A stretch of 64,000 nt of DNA from a virus (IMGVR_UViG_2675903278_000002), one strand, 5' to 3'; positions 1 through 9,722 are shown, counted from the stretch's first letter. The notes: generated by a model from the sequence alone, not told the origin. Program-made: numbers and translations.

Positions 1-26
1 GGTGGTTCAAACTGGCTACGGTTACC

Positions 27-3000
27 ATGCCACAAGCGAGTTCCATCGTTTACATCGCATTGATTGGTGGCGCTGGTTACAACGTCGGTTCCCCACATCA
101 GGCAGGCATTTCAGAACTGGTTCTACGAGCAGGCAATGGAAACCCCAAAGGAATTACCGGGGCTTTGTGGAAGCGTACAGCCGTCGGATTAACGAATTTC
201 GCCTGGATCAACACATCCGGCGATACATATGATATTTACGTTGAGATTGGCAATTATGCGACGAGTGTAAATATCCATTGGGATTGTACTGCAAATGCGA
301 CAGTTTCTATTTATACATCGCCAACATATTCAGCGAGTAAGCCTTCCAGCGTTACCGATGGTGTTGTTTATACGATGTATAGCACACATCAGAAACCGAC
401 GCCGTTAGATATTGGAGCACTGCCAACAACCGGAGGAACAGTTTCAGGTCCGTTGTCTGTTACAGGTGGATTAACTGGTTCATTGAATGGTAATGCAAGT
501 ACAGCCACGAAATTGCAGACGGCAAGAACTATCGGCGGCGTGAGCTTTGATGGTACTGCGAATATTAATTTGCCAGGTGTTAATACGACTGGTAATCAGA
601 ATACAACGGGCAACGCTGCAACCGCTACAAAACTACAGACAGCGCGTACAATCAACGGTGTTAAGTTTGATGGTTCTGCGGACATAACGCTGACTCCTGC
701 GAACCTTGACGTATACAGCAAAAGCGAAATAGACAATAAAAAAGGGATGAGAAAATACACTTTTTCAGCGCCTGCAAATGCAGTAAGCGGTAAGTGGTAT
801 CCTATAGTCTTTCGCCGATCTGGAGGCAATACCGATGAATTAGCCTCACGAGTTGTGATAACTACTTATTCCTCAGCTGGCGGATACGCCATGAATAATT
901 GTGAATTTAATGGGTTTGTTATGCCTGGCGGTTGGTCTGATCGCGGTTCATATGCGGCTGGTTTTTTCTCAATATATTCTACTGCTGAGCGAGCTATACA
1001 CTCGATTATTTCAGGTGTGAAAGATGACGATTTGTGTAGTGTATTTTACGTTGAAGCCAGAGCATTCCCTATCAAGATATTTGCTGAGGAGGGCTTGAAC
1101 GTAATTGTTCCAACGGCTGATTATGCAGTTGGTCAAACCACTTATAAGTGGGGGGCAACTGATCCTTTATCAGAAAGTACGAATGCACAGATAATTTTGG
1201 ACTTTAAAAATGGACGAGGTTATTACTGTTCACATCCATTTATTTCAAGTCTTTCAGGAAATGCTGCTACAGCAACGAAATTGCAGACTGCAAGAACTAT
1301 CGGCGGCGTGGCCTTCGATGGATCTGCGAACATAAATTTGCCTGGTGTAAACACGGCAGGTAATCAGAATACAACGGGCAACGCGGCTACTGCTACGAAG
1401 TTGCAAACAGCGAGAAACATCAATGGTGTTAAGTTTGATGGCTCAGGCGATATCAACATTAATACACTGGTATCTCGTGGCCGAGTTACGGCGTTAAGCG
1501 GCTCTACTCAAGGCACTGCTGGCATTCAAATGTATGAGGCGTACAACAATAGCTACCCGACCATGTATGGCAACGTATTGCACATGAAAGGTGCGAGTGC
1601 TTCTGGTGAGGGCGAGATGCTTGTTGGCTGGAGCGGAACGGATGGTGCTCATGCACCGGTTTATGTTCGTTCACGCCGTGATACTTCGACAGCGAACTGG
1701 TCTGGCTGGGCGCAGATCTACACAACTGCTCATAAACCCACAGCGAAAGATGTTGGGGCCGCGCAAGCGTTTAGCGCGTCTTACAGCACAGGGGCTGGCA
1801 ATTGGACTACCGCTGAATTTATCGCATGGCTGAAGGAGCGTGGTGCTTTCGAAGTGCCGTACTGGATGATGAAGGGTTCCTGGTCATATGCCGACAATAA
1901 AATTATCACTGATACAGGTGTCGGCAATATCTGTCTTGCTGGTGCGGTTATCGAGGTTTTAGGTACCGAAGGCGCAATGACCATCCGAGTTACTACGCCT
2001 ACAACGACGACCGGTGGTGGGATTGCCTGTGCTCAGTTCACCTATATTAATCACGGTAGCGCGTATGCCCCTGCCTGGCGCAGAGATTACAACACGACTC
2101 TCAAACCCACTGCGGCTGATGTCGGTGCGTTGCCGAGCGGTGGCGGCACACTTTCCGGCGCACTCACATTATCTATGGCTGCGCCAAGTGTCCAGTTACG
2201 AGGGCAAGGTACGGACACCAGACAGTACATCATGGCTTACAGAACCGATGGCGCTACATCATGGTATGTGGGCAAGGCTAACAACGGCTCCGATAATGCG
2301 ATGTTCTGGAACTATACCGGCTCCAACGGAATTGAATTGGCTGCCGATGGCAATGTGCGTATTAATGCGAAGGGTAAACAGTTTACGTTCGCAAACAATG
2401 GGAACTTAGGTCTTGTTGCTTCGTTGGATCAGAGTTCAGTTCCACAGGGTACTTACCATCAAGTAGCTCTTAACACTGGCACTGTTGGTGGTAAATCGTA
2501 CCTTCGAAAATTCCGCGGCGGCAACACAGACACCATTTGGCATGAGACGGTTCAGGGCGGCTTCCTTCGTTGGGCAACCGGCAATGCTGATGAGCAAGAA
2601 GAACTGTCTATCAGTACTGGCTATGGTGTTCGAGCAAGAGGTGAAATCACTTCCCTTAGCGCCAATGGTCTAAGAGTGGCTTACGGGAATTACGGCTTCT
2701 TTATTCGCAATGATGGCGGAACAACTTACTTCTTGCTGACTGCTTCTGGCGACAAGTTCGGAAGCTGGAATGCTTTGCGTCCAATGTACATTAACAACGC
2801 TTCAGGCGCGGTTACGATGGGGAACGGGTTGTCGCTTGCCGGTGGCTTAAATGTCACGAGCGGAAATATCCGAATCCCGACGTCGAGTACATCTTGGATC
2901 GACATGAGAAACAATGCCGCTCTGTCTAACAGTTCTGCGGTTGCCACTTCCTCTGCATCGGCCATTATTCGTCAGGAGCACGCCGATCGTCATTATTTTG

Positions 3001-3437
3001 TTGGTGGTTTAGGCAACTCTCAGTTCGGGTTCTACATGATTAACAAGTCACGAACCGCGAACGGCACGGATGCGAACGCATACCTCCAGAATGACGGTAC
3101 TTGGGTTTGCGGCGGTAATGGCAGCTTTAATGACGTTTATATCCGTTCTGACCGCCGTAGTAAGCGCAATATTCGCAAGATTGACCGGGCGCTCGACAAG
3201 CTGGAGCAGATCGAAGGTGTTCTCTACGAGATTCAGGTCTGTGGCCGTTATGAGCAGTCTGGTGGCCTCATCGCTCAGGATGTCCAGAATGTTCAACCTG
3301 AACTGGTAACGGTCGACCATAACGATCAGTCAGGAGAGCCTCGTCTGCGTCTTAACTACAACGGCGTTATCGGCATGTTGGTTGAGGCTGTCAAAGAGTT
3401 GCGCGAGGAAGTGCGCGAACTGAAGGCAAAAATGTAA
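27..3437 (+). CDS. Phage tail fiber protein with fiber repeats and C-terminal intramolecular chaperone (peptidase S74-like) domain; reading frame is open upstream to the window edge, so probably 5' partial
   Basis: 1136 aa ORF; duplicated NAATATKLQTARTIGGV(S/A)FDG(T/S)ANINLPGVNT motif typical of phage tail fiber repeats; C-terminal SDRRSKRNI ... LVEAVKELREEVRELKAKM resembles the autoproteolytic chaperone domain of endosialidase and L-shaped tail fibers; no stop codon between position 3 and the ATG at 27. Confidence 0.8.
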   Translation: MPQASSIVYIALIGGAGYNVGSPHQAGISELVLRAGNGNPKGITGALWKRTAVGLTNFAWINTSGDTYDIYVEIGNYATSVNIHWDCTANATVSIYTSPTYSASKPSSVTDGVVYTMYSTHQKPTPLDIGALPTTGGTVSGPLSVTGGLTGSLNGNASTATKLQTARTIGGVSFDGTANINLPGVNTTGNQNTTGNAATATKLQTARTINGVKFDGSADITLTPANLDVYSKSEIDNKKGMRKYTFSAPANAVSGKWYPIVFRRSGGNTDELASRVVITTYSSAGGYAMNNCEFNGFVMPGGWSDRGSYAAGFFSIYSTAERAIHSIISGVKDDDLCSVFYVEARAFPIKIFAEEGLNVIVPTADYAVGQTTYKWGATDPLSESTNAQIILDFKNGRGYYCSHPFISSLSGNAATATKLQTARTIGGVAFDGSANINLPGVNTAGNQNTTGNAATATKLQTARNINGVKFDGSGDININTLVSRGRVTALSGSTQGTAGIQMYEAYNNSYPTMYGNVLHMKGASASGEGEMLVGWSGTDGAHAPVYVRSRRDTSTANWSGWAQIYTTAHKPTAKDVGAAQAFSASYSTGAGNWTTAEFIAWLKERGAFEVPYWMMKGSWSYADNKIITDTGVGNICLAGAVIEVLGTEGAMTIRVTTPTTTTGGGIACAQFTYINHGSAYAPAWRRDYNTTLKPTAADVGALPSGGGTLSGALTLSMAAPSVQLRGQGTDTRQYIMAYRTDGATSWYVGKANNGSDNAMFWNYTGSNGIELAADGNVRINAKGKQFTFANNGNLGLVASLDQSSVPQGTYHQVALNTGTVGGKSYLRKFRGGNTDTIWHETVQGGFLRWATGNADEQEELSISTGYGVRARGEITSLSANGLRVAYGNYGFFIRNDGGTTYFLLTASGDKFGSWNALRPMYINNASGAVTMGNGLSLAGGLNVTSGNIRIPTSSTSWIDMRNNAALSNSSAVATSSASAIIRQEHADRHYFVGGLGNSQFGFYMINKSRTANGTDANAYLQNDGTWVCGGNGSFNDVYIRSDRRSKRNIRKIDRALDKLEQIEGVLYEIQVCGRYEQSGGLIAQDVQNVQPELVTVDHNDQSGEPRLRLNYNGVIGMLVEAVKELREEVRELKAKM
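481..700 (+). repeat. Copy 1 of an approx 210 bp intragenic duplication in the tail fiber gene (second copy at 1260..1470)
   Basis: Near-identical nucleotide and peptide segments encoding GNA(S/A)TATKLQTARTIGGV.FDG.ANINLPGVNT.GNQNTTGNAATATKLQTAR.INGVKFDGS. Confidence 0.7.
1260..1470 (+). repeat. Copy 2 of the tail fiber intragenic duplication
   Basis: Direct comparison with 481..700 in the sequence. Confidence 0.7.
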
Positions 3438-3503
3438 TCAAGGTGAATGGTGAGGGGCCACCCTCACCAATTCAGGATATTCACATCAAAAAGGAGATTA
3501 GAT

Positions 3504-4286
3504 GTGCCAATTGTCGGTGTTCCCGGTTGGATTGGGTCTTCGGCTGTCAGTGTGACAGGCCAGAGATGGATGAGTGCGGCTCGAACGGCGGTGCAACTGC
3601 CAGCGGCTGGTTCAATGTCTCAAATGGCCGGGCGATCTAAAGAAGTTCAGTACAGCATCGGTGCGAATCATAACTACAACAAAGACACACTGATCAACTA
3701 TTTAAAATCCCAGGGGGCGACGCCAGTCGTTGTTACCATTACAGGGGATCTGGTGTCGTCCAGTAGCGGCGTGCCATGTTTAGATTTCCCGAGTTCACTT
3801 ACCAACTCTTATATCAGCCTTGTAATCAACGCAGGTGTGACTGTCTATGGACGCGGTGGCAATGGTGGTAGTAACGCTGCCGGTGCTGCTGGTGGTAACG
3901 CAATTAATAATGGCATCGGTACACGCTTGCGTATTACGAATAATGGTGCAATCGCTGGAGGTGGTGGCGGCGGTGGCGGTGGTAACAGGGGTAAACTAAT
4001 ATTTGGTGGTGGCGGTGGTCGCCCATTCGGTGCTGGTGGGTCTTCCTCTCATATGAGTTCCGGTGCAACTGCTGGTACTATTTCCGCTCCTGGTAAAGGA
4101 TCTGTTGGTGAGGGGTCTCTTAGTGCATATACAGGCGGTTCGGGTGGTAATGTCGGTGCTGCTGGAGGAAGATGTAATACTCAAGGTAACGGTACAGAAT
4201 ATAACGGCGGGGCAGCTGGTAAAGCCGTAACTGGCAACGCGCCTACATGGACTAAAGCTGGGGCAATTTACGGCGCTCATGTGTAA
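3504..4286 (+). CDS. Glycine-rich hypothetical protein, possibly tail-fiber associated; proposed GTG start
   Basis: ORF 3447..4286; AAGGAG at 3491..3496 sits 7 nt upstream of GTG 3504; long poly-Gly tracts (GGGGGGGGGN, GGGGG); lies between tail fiber and lysis genes. Confidence 0.45.
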   Translation: MPIVGVPGWIGSSAVSVTGQRWMSAARTAVQLPAAGSMSQMAGRSKEVQYSIGANHNYNKDTLINYLKSQGATPVVVTITGDLVSSSSGVPCLDFPSSLTNSYISLVINAGVTVYGRGGNGGSNAAGAAGGNAINNGIGTRLRITNNGAIAGGGGGGGGGNRGKLIFGGGGGRPFGAGGSSSHMSSGATAGTISAPGKGSVGEGSLSAYTGGSGGNVGAAGGRCNTQGNGTEYNGGAAGKAVTGNAPTWTKAGAIYGAHV

Positions 4287-4360
4287 GTACTTACCTACCA
4301 AGTGTGGGCGTTTTATGATATAAAACCGCCATCCCGATTTGACTTTTCATGGAGGAAAAC

Positions 4361-4684
4361 ATGTCGAACGAGATGGCGGGCGTTACAACAGAGCAAGTTG
4401 AGCGTATTGCCGCGATCGTTGCTCGGGAGGTTGTTGGCAAATTAGGTAAAGAGCTACGTGAAGAAATTGGCCAGGAGGTCAATGATCAGCTGAAAACCTA
4501 CTTTGGTGATATGACCCCGGCGCAACATAGTATTCAACACTCCAATCTGGACAAACTCCTTAACCGGTTAGATTCCATCTCAAGTGGGTTCTTTGGCGGC
4601 ATTGTTTCTAAAATAACGTCGTTCATTATTACCGCACTGCTTTTGGGGTTAGCCGCGTATGGCGTAAAAAGTGGACTGCAATAA
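4361..4684 (+). CDS. Small membrane protein, holin candidate
   Basis: GGAGG RBS before ATG 4361; hydrophobic C-terminal segment ITSFIITALLLGLAAYGV; immediately upstream of the putative endolysin. Confidence 0.4.
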   Translation: MSNEMAGVTTEQVERIAAIVAREVVGKLGKELREEIGQEVNDQLKTYFGDMTPAQHSIQHSNLDKLLNRLDSISSGFFGGIVSKITSFIITALLLGLAAYGVKSGLQ

Positions 4685-4697
4685 CAGGAGATCAAGG

Positions 4698-5390
4698 ATG
4701 AAAACTCCGAGAGGCATTCGTAATAACAACCCTGGCAACCTCGACAAAGGTTCGCCGTGGCAGGGGCTAATCGACAACCCTGCCGAACCGCGCTTTTGCA
4801 CGTTTAAAGACCCTGTTTGGGGGATTCGTGCGCTGGCGGTGACTCTAATTACCTACCACGACAAACGTCGCGCAAAAGACGGCTCAAGTATCGATACCAT
4901 TCGTGAAGTTATTGAACGTTGGGCACCGCCGAATGAAAACAATACTGACGCCTACATTAATGAGGTGTCTAAAGCCGTTGGTGTAACCGCAGACATGATT
5001 ATCGATCTGCATGATTACGACATTCTTCGACCTTTGGTTGAGGCAATCATTCGCCATGAGAATGGGCGAGGTCCGCTAAAAACGCTGAACACCTGGTATG
5101 CGGCAGAAGTTATTGAGGAAGGTCTGCGTCGAGCTGGCGTTGTTAAGCCGGCGAAAACCGTGAAGGCTGTTCCTGTAACTAAAGAAACCGCAGGCGCAAC
5201 TGTTACAGCAGGTATTGGTCTGGCGCAGCTGGCCGATGTTATGCCGCAGGTTTCCGCTGCTATGGATAAAGCACAAGGTCATATCTCTAGCGGGGATACA
5301 GTACGCATCATCTTCGGTATTGCCACTATTGTTGTGGCAGGATTCATTGCCTGGTCGCAGGTAAGAAAACACCAGAAAGGGATGGTCTAA
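4698..5390 (+). CDS. Putative endolysin or peptidoglycan hydrolase (family not assigned)
   Basis: AGGAG RBS before ATG 4698; N-terminal GIRNNNPGNL motif; gene order small membrane protein - this gene - i-spanin - o-spanin matches a canonical lysis cassette; C-terminal hydrophobic segment is atypical. Confidence 0.45.
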   Translation: MKTPRGIRNNNPGNLDKGSPWQGLIDNPAEPRFCTFKDPVWGIRALAVTLITYHDKRRAKDGSSIDTIREVIERWAPPNENNTDAYINEVSKAVGVTADMIIDLHDYDILRPLVEAIIRHENGRGPLKTLNTWYAAEVIEEGLRRAGVVKPAKTVKAVPVTKETAGATVTAGIGLAQLADVMPQVSAAMDKAQGHISSGDTVRIIFGIATIVVAGFIAWSQVRKHQKGMV

Positions 5391-5391
5391 T

Positions 5392-5643
5392 ATGCTAGGC
5401 AGCCTGATGACAAAGCTAAAAGTTGCTTTGATTACGCTGGCTGCCGTTCTTTTCGTTCTTGTCGGCGCTTACACGATGGGCGGGAATGCGGCGCGACGAG
5501 CAATGGAAGAGAAGGCAAAACAGGAAGACAGAAAACGACTTCAAAACACAGTGAAAGTGGTGAATGAGACGAGCAGTAAAATACGTCAGAAAGATGCTTC
5601 TGCCGTTCATCGTGAGTTGTATGATAAGTGGGTGCGTCATTAA
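5392..5643 (+). CDS. i-spanin (Rz-like inner membrane spanin subunit)
   Basis: N-terminal transmembrane helix LKVALITLAAVLFVLVGAY followed by a charged coiled-coil-like region; start overlaps the upstream stop; contains the o-spanin gene in another frame. Confidence 0.6.
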   Translation: MLGSLMTKLKVALITLAAVLFVLVGAYTMGGNAARRAMEEKAKQEDRKRLQNTVKVVNETSSKIRQKDASAVHRELYDKWVRH

Positions 5644-5779
5644 ACCACAAACAGCCAGCGTGTTGTTCTGCGATGGGGCTGAGCCTATCTATATCAGCAA
5701 TAATGATGTAATGACTGAAGAAACCGAACGCCAAATCCTTTTTCACAATACGATGGGAGAGAGGGTTTGTGGTTGGTGA
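5594..5779 (+). CDS. o-spanin (Rz1-like outer membrane lipoprotein), overlapping the 3' end of the i-spanin gene
   Basis: MLLPFIVSCMISGC signal peptide with lipobox cysteine; out-of-frame overlap with 5392..5643, the classic Rz/Rz1 arrangement. Confidence 0.55.
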   Translation: MLLPFIVSCMISGCVIKPQTASVLFCDGAEPIYISNNDVMTEETERQILFHNTMGERVCGW

Positions 5780-5811
5780 TGTCGAAGTTCCCCTCAAATG
5801 AGGGGAACACA

Positions 5812-6333
5812 TTATTCTTCGAACAATTTTTCGATAGATTTTGTAGGATAGAACAAAGAACGCTCGTTGTTACCAACCAGCTGGATAAAGCCTAAACTTT
5901 TATAAAACGCCTTGGCTTTGTCATTTAACGCCTCAACGAAAAGTCCATGAATGCCTACAGCAAGAGATGCATTGTACACAACGCGCATTGCATGTGTTAC
6001 AAGCATTGAGCCAAATCCTTGACCTTGAAGGGACTTGTCCAAAGCCAGCCTACCCAAAGTAACACTTGGAACATTCCGATAAGGAACCTTCTTTTGTTTG
6101 CTTCTTGAAGGTAAGGACTCCTTTTCAAAACAACTACCTGACAAAGTGTAATATCCTAACACTTTTGGCCTTTCTTCTTGAGTGCAAAGCACATAAGCAC
6201 GAAGAATTTTTCCCTCATGCTGCCTTTTTAAGTGGTTGGCTAAAAAGGCGTTTAGTGACTCTTCGCCGCAATCAAAACCGTTTAGATCATAATCTTTCTC
6301 TCCAGAGAAAATCTCTATCGTTGTATTGCTCAC
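5812..6333 (-). CDS. GNAT-family N-acetyltransferase toxin (TacT-like)
   Basis: 173 aa; acetyltransferase-like core (QGQGFGSMLV, FY motif); directly downstream of and co-oriented with a DUF1778-like antitoxin gene. Confidence 0.7.
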   Translation of the reverse strand: MSNTTIEIFSGEKDYDLNGFDCGEESLNAFLANHLKRQHEGKILRAYVLCTQEERPKVLGYYTLSGSCFEKESLPSRSKQKKVPYRNVPSVTLGRLALDKSLQGQGFGSMLVTHAMRVVYNASLAVGIHGLFVEALNDKAKAFYKSLGFIQLVGNNERSLFYPTKSIEKLFEE

Positions 6334-6340
6334 GAGTAAA

Positions 6341-6610
6341 CTACTCCATGCTTTTCAGACGATCAGCAGCTCGTTTCAGCTTGTCGTTCGGTGCCGGAGG
6401 ATTGCTTATAGCGTCCATAACCAGATTCCAGGATTCTTCATTCAGAACTAGTCTACGGTGTTGCTCTATAACTTTCACGGCACGTTCAGATGCACTGCTA
6501 ACCATAAACTGAGTAATGCTCTGGTTAGACATTGCGGCAGCTTCCTCGATGATGCTTTTATCGTCATCGGTTAATCTCAAATCGATGCGCTGCTTTTTTA
6601 GTGCTGACAT
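6341..6610 (-). CDS. DUF1778 (TacA-like) ribbon-helix-helix antitoxin
   Basis: MSALKKQRIDLRLTDDDKSIIEEAAA... matches DUF1778 antitoxins; GGAGG RBS before the ATG at 6610; 7 nt gap to the toxin gene. Confidence 0.7.
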   Translation of the reverse strand: MSALKKQRIDLRLTDDDKSIIEEAAAMSNQSITQFMVSSASERAVKVIEQHRRLVLNEESWNLVMDAISNPPAPNDKLKRAADRLKSME

Positions 6611-6928
6611 GTATTCCTCCTGATGGCCGTGATGTAGGAAGGCCATCAATCTCCTCTGTTCAAACTGAGTTTTCGACTCAAAAATTACTTTAAAAGGCTA
6701 TAGCCCATTACGTGTGCATTATCAAATTGTGTACGGCATATCACCGTACTTGTAATATAGAGGTCATTGTTACTTTTTTCAACAGACAAATACAAGCTAT
6801 GATTGCCAATTGTTAATCACAACCTACCATTTAACCTTTACACCGCAGCCGTAGGCATTTAGGCTATATCACATATAAGAAAACAAGTTGTTTCAGACGA
6901 TAATTATATACGCAAAGGGAACTCTCCA

Positions 6929-7597
6929 ATGACCAAGATCTTTGTGGTTGGCGGCACAAAGGGCGGGCCTGGCAAATCCACCGTTGCCCAGCAAATTGCC
7001 GTTTGCCTGAAAGTCAAAAAGAAGAAGAAGGTTTATATTACCGATATAGATATTCAGCGCACGACAACGAGCTGGTGTGAAGACCGTCGACAGAACGAAG
7101 ACCTTGAGCTGATTCCTTTTGCATACGTTCAGGATGACATCATTAAGCACCTAAAATCGCTTCAGGGTAGAGCTGAGTTTGTAGTGGTAGATGCTGGTGG
7201 CTTCGACTCCGAAATTCAGCGACAAGCGATGCTGATGGCTGACGTTATCATTATCCCGCTGCGTCCTAAGCGTCGTGATTTGAAATCTTTACGTGACATC
7301 GATCCTATTATCGACAATGTTCGCAATGTAAACGATAAAGTGAAGGTCCGCGCGGTCATGAACCAGTGCCCGGCTTTGCCATCACAAGTGTCTCGCATTC
7401 TGGCGGCTAAAGAGATTGTTGAGACGTTTGGAATCGAGTCTGCGCCAGTCAATCTATATAACCGCAACGTCTATGATGATGCGGAAGAGTCTGGTCGTTC
7501 TATCTTTGAAATGACCGGTAGCGAGCGCGACAAAAAGGCGGAAGCCGAGTTTGAAGAATTTGTAGATTATCTGTTGAGTCTGGAGGAAGAAGAATAA
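6929..7597 (+). CDS. parA: ParA-family partition ATPase (small type Ib)
   Basis: Deviant Walker A GGTKGGPGKST; 222 aa; followed by a small RHH protein gene. Confidence 0.85.
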   Translation: MTKIFVVGGTKGGPGKSTVAQQIAVCLKVKKKKKVYITDIDIQRTTTSWCEDRRQNEDLELIPFAYVQDDIIKHLKSLQGRAEFVVVDAGGFDSEIQRQAMLMADVIIIPLRPKRRDLKSLRDIDPIIDNVRNVNDKVKVRAVMNQCPALPSQVSRILAAKEIVETFGIESAPVNLYNRNVYDDAEESGRSIFEMTGSERDKKAEAEFEEFVDYLLSLEEEE

Positions 7598-7956
7598 TGT
7601 CCATGAAAATGGGTGACCTAGCAAAGCGCAAAGAGCCTGATGCACCGGCTAAGAACACAACTCCTTTGCGCCAACCAGTCAGACCACAGGGACGCCCGAC
7701 TCGTGGCAAAGAGAAAATTAAAAGCCGCACAATGTCACTGGAGGACGAATACTTCGAACTGCTGGAGATGATGAAGTTCATCCCTCGCTTCGAGAAGTTC
7801 ACTCGTTCTGACGTGATTCGAGCAGCCATTTTCCATCTGGCAGAGAAGTCACCGCAGGAAATCGAGGACATCGTGAAATTGAATGAGGCGATCACCGCTG
7901 CCGATGTCACGATGCGTACCGATGAAATTAAACGCGAGTTGATGAAGAAAGGGTGA
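7597..7956 (+). CDS. Partition centromere-binding protein (ParG/ParB-like, ribbon-helix-helix)
   Basis: Start overlaps parA stop; basic disordered N-terminus plus C-terminal RHH-like segment MSLEDEYFELLEMM...RSDVIRAAIFHLAE. Confidence 0.5.
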   Translation: MSMKMGDLAKRKEPDAPAKNTTPLRQPVRPQGRPTRGKEKIKSRTMSLEDEYFELLEMMKFIPRFEKFTRSDVIRAAIFHLAEKSPQEIEDIVKLNEAITAADVTMRTDEIKRELMKKG

Positions 7957-8007
7957 TTATATTGGGCGTTTGTTACGCCCAATATATGAGTTGAAGGATA
8001 GACACCA

Positions 8008-9714
8008 ATGGAATCGATAGAAGTATTTTTAAAAAATTTTTTGGACTCAGATCATCGGGTTGCTGTCATAAAAGGAAATTGGGGAGTAGGTAAAACGCAT
8101 TATTGGAATAGCTTTTATACTAAACATTCTAAAAAATTAGATTTTAATGCATATTCATATGTTTCTTTGTTTGGAATAAATTCTATTGGAGACATTAAAA
8201 AAGCTCTTTATCATTGTGCCACACCAATTAATGAAAAGAAATATAAAGAACTGATTTTATCTGAAACGGATCGAACTATGATTCGTTATAGAAATGGGTT
8301 TTGGGGATGGTTGAAATACAACTCCTTGTCAAAATTTTTAATACATTTTGGAAAGAACGATTTTTTTGGGTTCAAAACTGATAATCTGCTGTCATCTCTT
8401 GAGTATAAATTTGTTAATAATTATTTGGTTTGCATTGATGATATTGAACGAAAAGGTAGTGCGCTAGAAATTAAAGAGATTATGGGGGTAATTGATGAGT
8501 TGGCAAGAAGAAAAAATTGCAAGGTTGTTCTAATATTAAATGAAGATAACTTACATGAAGAAACTGCACAACAACAGTTTTTAGAGTATAGAGAAAAAAT
8601 AATTGATGTGGAAATAAAATACGATCCCACGCCTGAGAAAAACTTAAGAAAAGTTTTTTATGAGACTGACCCTGATTTTCTTTTGTTAAAAAACCTAGTA
8701 AATGATTTAAACATCAAAAACATTAGAATATTAAATAAAATAAAATCATCTCTAGTTATATTTAGAGATGTGCTAAAGTTAGCAGAGGATAAGGTTAGAG
8801 AAAGTTTTATTAATAGATTGGTCTTATTTTCAGTGGTTTACTATTTTGGTGTTCCTAGCGTTGATTATGCTTCATTTAAGGAGTCAATCAAAAATATACA
8901 TGCATTCGACTATATGTTAGATGATAAAGATGAAAAGGAAGAAGTTAACTCTGTATATTCATTTGTTAATAGCCTTGATGTTATTTATGAACGAGCAGAA
9001 AGTGCTTTCGATGATGATATAGATTTTTACCTTAAGAACGGTTATGTTTCTTCTGAAAGCAATATTCTAAATATAATAAAAGAAAAAAATGAACAATATA
9101 GAGATAATAGGGTTTTATGTGAGGTTTATAAAATTTGGGATGTTTTTAGAAACTCTTTTAAAGATAATGAATCAGAGTTTATTTTTCAAATTGAGCGCGT
9201 AATTAACGATAGTCTGTTGCGTATACCAATTGGACAGTTCGTAGGTTTAATAAATGTCCTAATTAAATTGGATAGAGATTGTAATAATATTATAGAGGCA
9301 TATGCAGATGCTTTTGTTAATAAAGACAATGCGTATGCTACATTTAATTCTTTGCGAGTAGAGATCTTCGGAAATGAAGAATTAGGTTTCAGAATTGAAA
9401 AAAAATTGAAAGATAGAAATCCAGATGACTATAACTTAGATAAAATTATAAAAAAAATAGCTGGTGGAAGATTTAACCATAGTGATGTGAATATTCTTAA
9501 CAGTTTTTCTAAAGATGATTACGTAAACTGGATATTATCCTGTGATCAGGATGCTTTGAATTTAGTAGAAGAGACTATGCTCAAGTTCAAGGGTATGCAA
9601 CACCCGACAGACGAACAGAAGAGCATCACTGATAAAGCAATAGAAGCTTTGGAGGAAGTTGCTTCAAAATCAACACTTAATAAGCTGCGTGTTAATAAAA
9701 TACTCAATCATTAA
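8008..9714 (+). CDS. KAP-family P-loop NTPase
   Basis: Walker A GNWGVGKTHYW near the N-terminus, diagnostic of KAP NTPases; 568 aa; coding sequence visibly far more AT-rich than neighbours. Confidence 0.75.
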   Translation: MESIEVFLKNFLDSDHRVAVIKGNWGVGKTHYWNSFYTKHSKKLDFNAYSYVSLFGINSIGDIKKALYHCATPINEKKYKELILSETDRTMIRYRNGFWGWLKYNSLSKFLIHFGKNDFFGFKTDNLLSSLEYKFVNNYLVCIDDIERKGSALEIKEIMGVIDELARRKNCKVVLILNEDNLHEETAQQQFLEYREKIIDVEIKYDPTPEKNLRKVFYETDPDFLLLKNLVNDLNIKNIRILNKIKSSLVIFRDVLKLAEDKVRESFINRLVLFSVVYYFGVPSVDYASFKESIKNIHAFDYMLDDKDEKEEVNSVYSFVNSLDVIYERAESAFDDDIDFYLKNGYVSSESNILNIIKEKNEQYRDNRVLCEVYKIWDVFRNSFKDNESEFIFQIERVINDSLLRIPIGQFVGLINVLIKLDRDCNNIIEAYADAFVNKDNAYATFNSLRVEIFGNEELGFRIEKKLKDRNPDDYNLDKIIKKIAGGRFNHSDVNILNSFSKDDYVNWILSCDQDALNLVEETMLKFKGMQHPTDEQKSITDKAIEALEEVASKSTLNKLRVNKILNH

Positions 9715-9722
9715 TAGATTAT

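Noticed and set aside
2-232. 76 aa ORF at the window start
   Set aside because: Overlaps the tail fiber gene in another frame; the tail fiber frame is open to the window edge and has strong coding signal
6066-6512. 148 aa plus-strand ORF overlapping the GNAT toxin and antitoxin genes
   Set aside because: Opposite strand of a well-supported TA pair with RBS and family motifs
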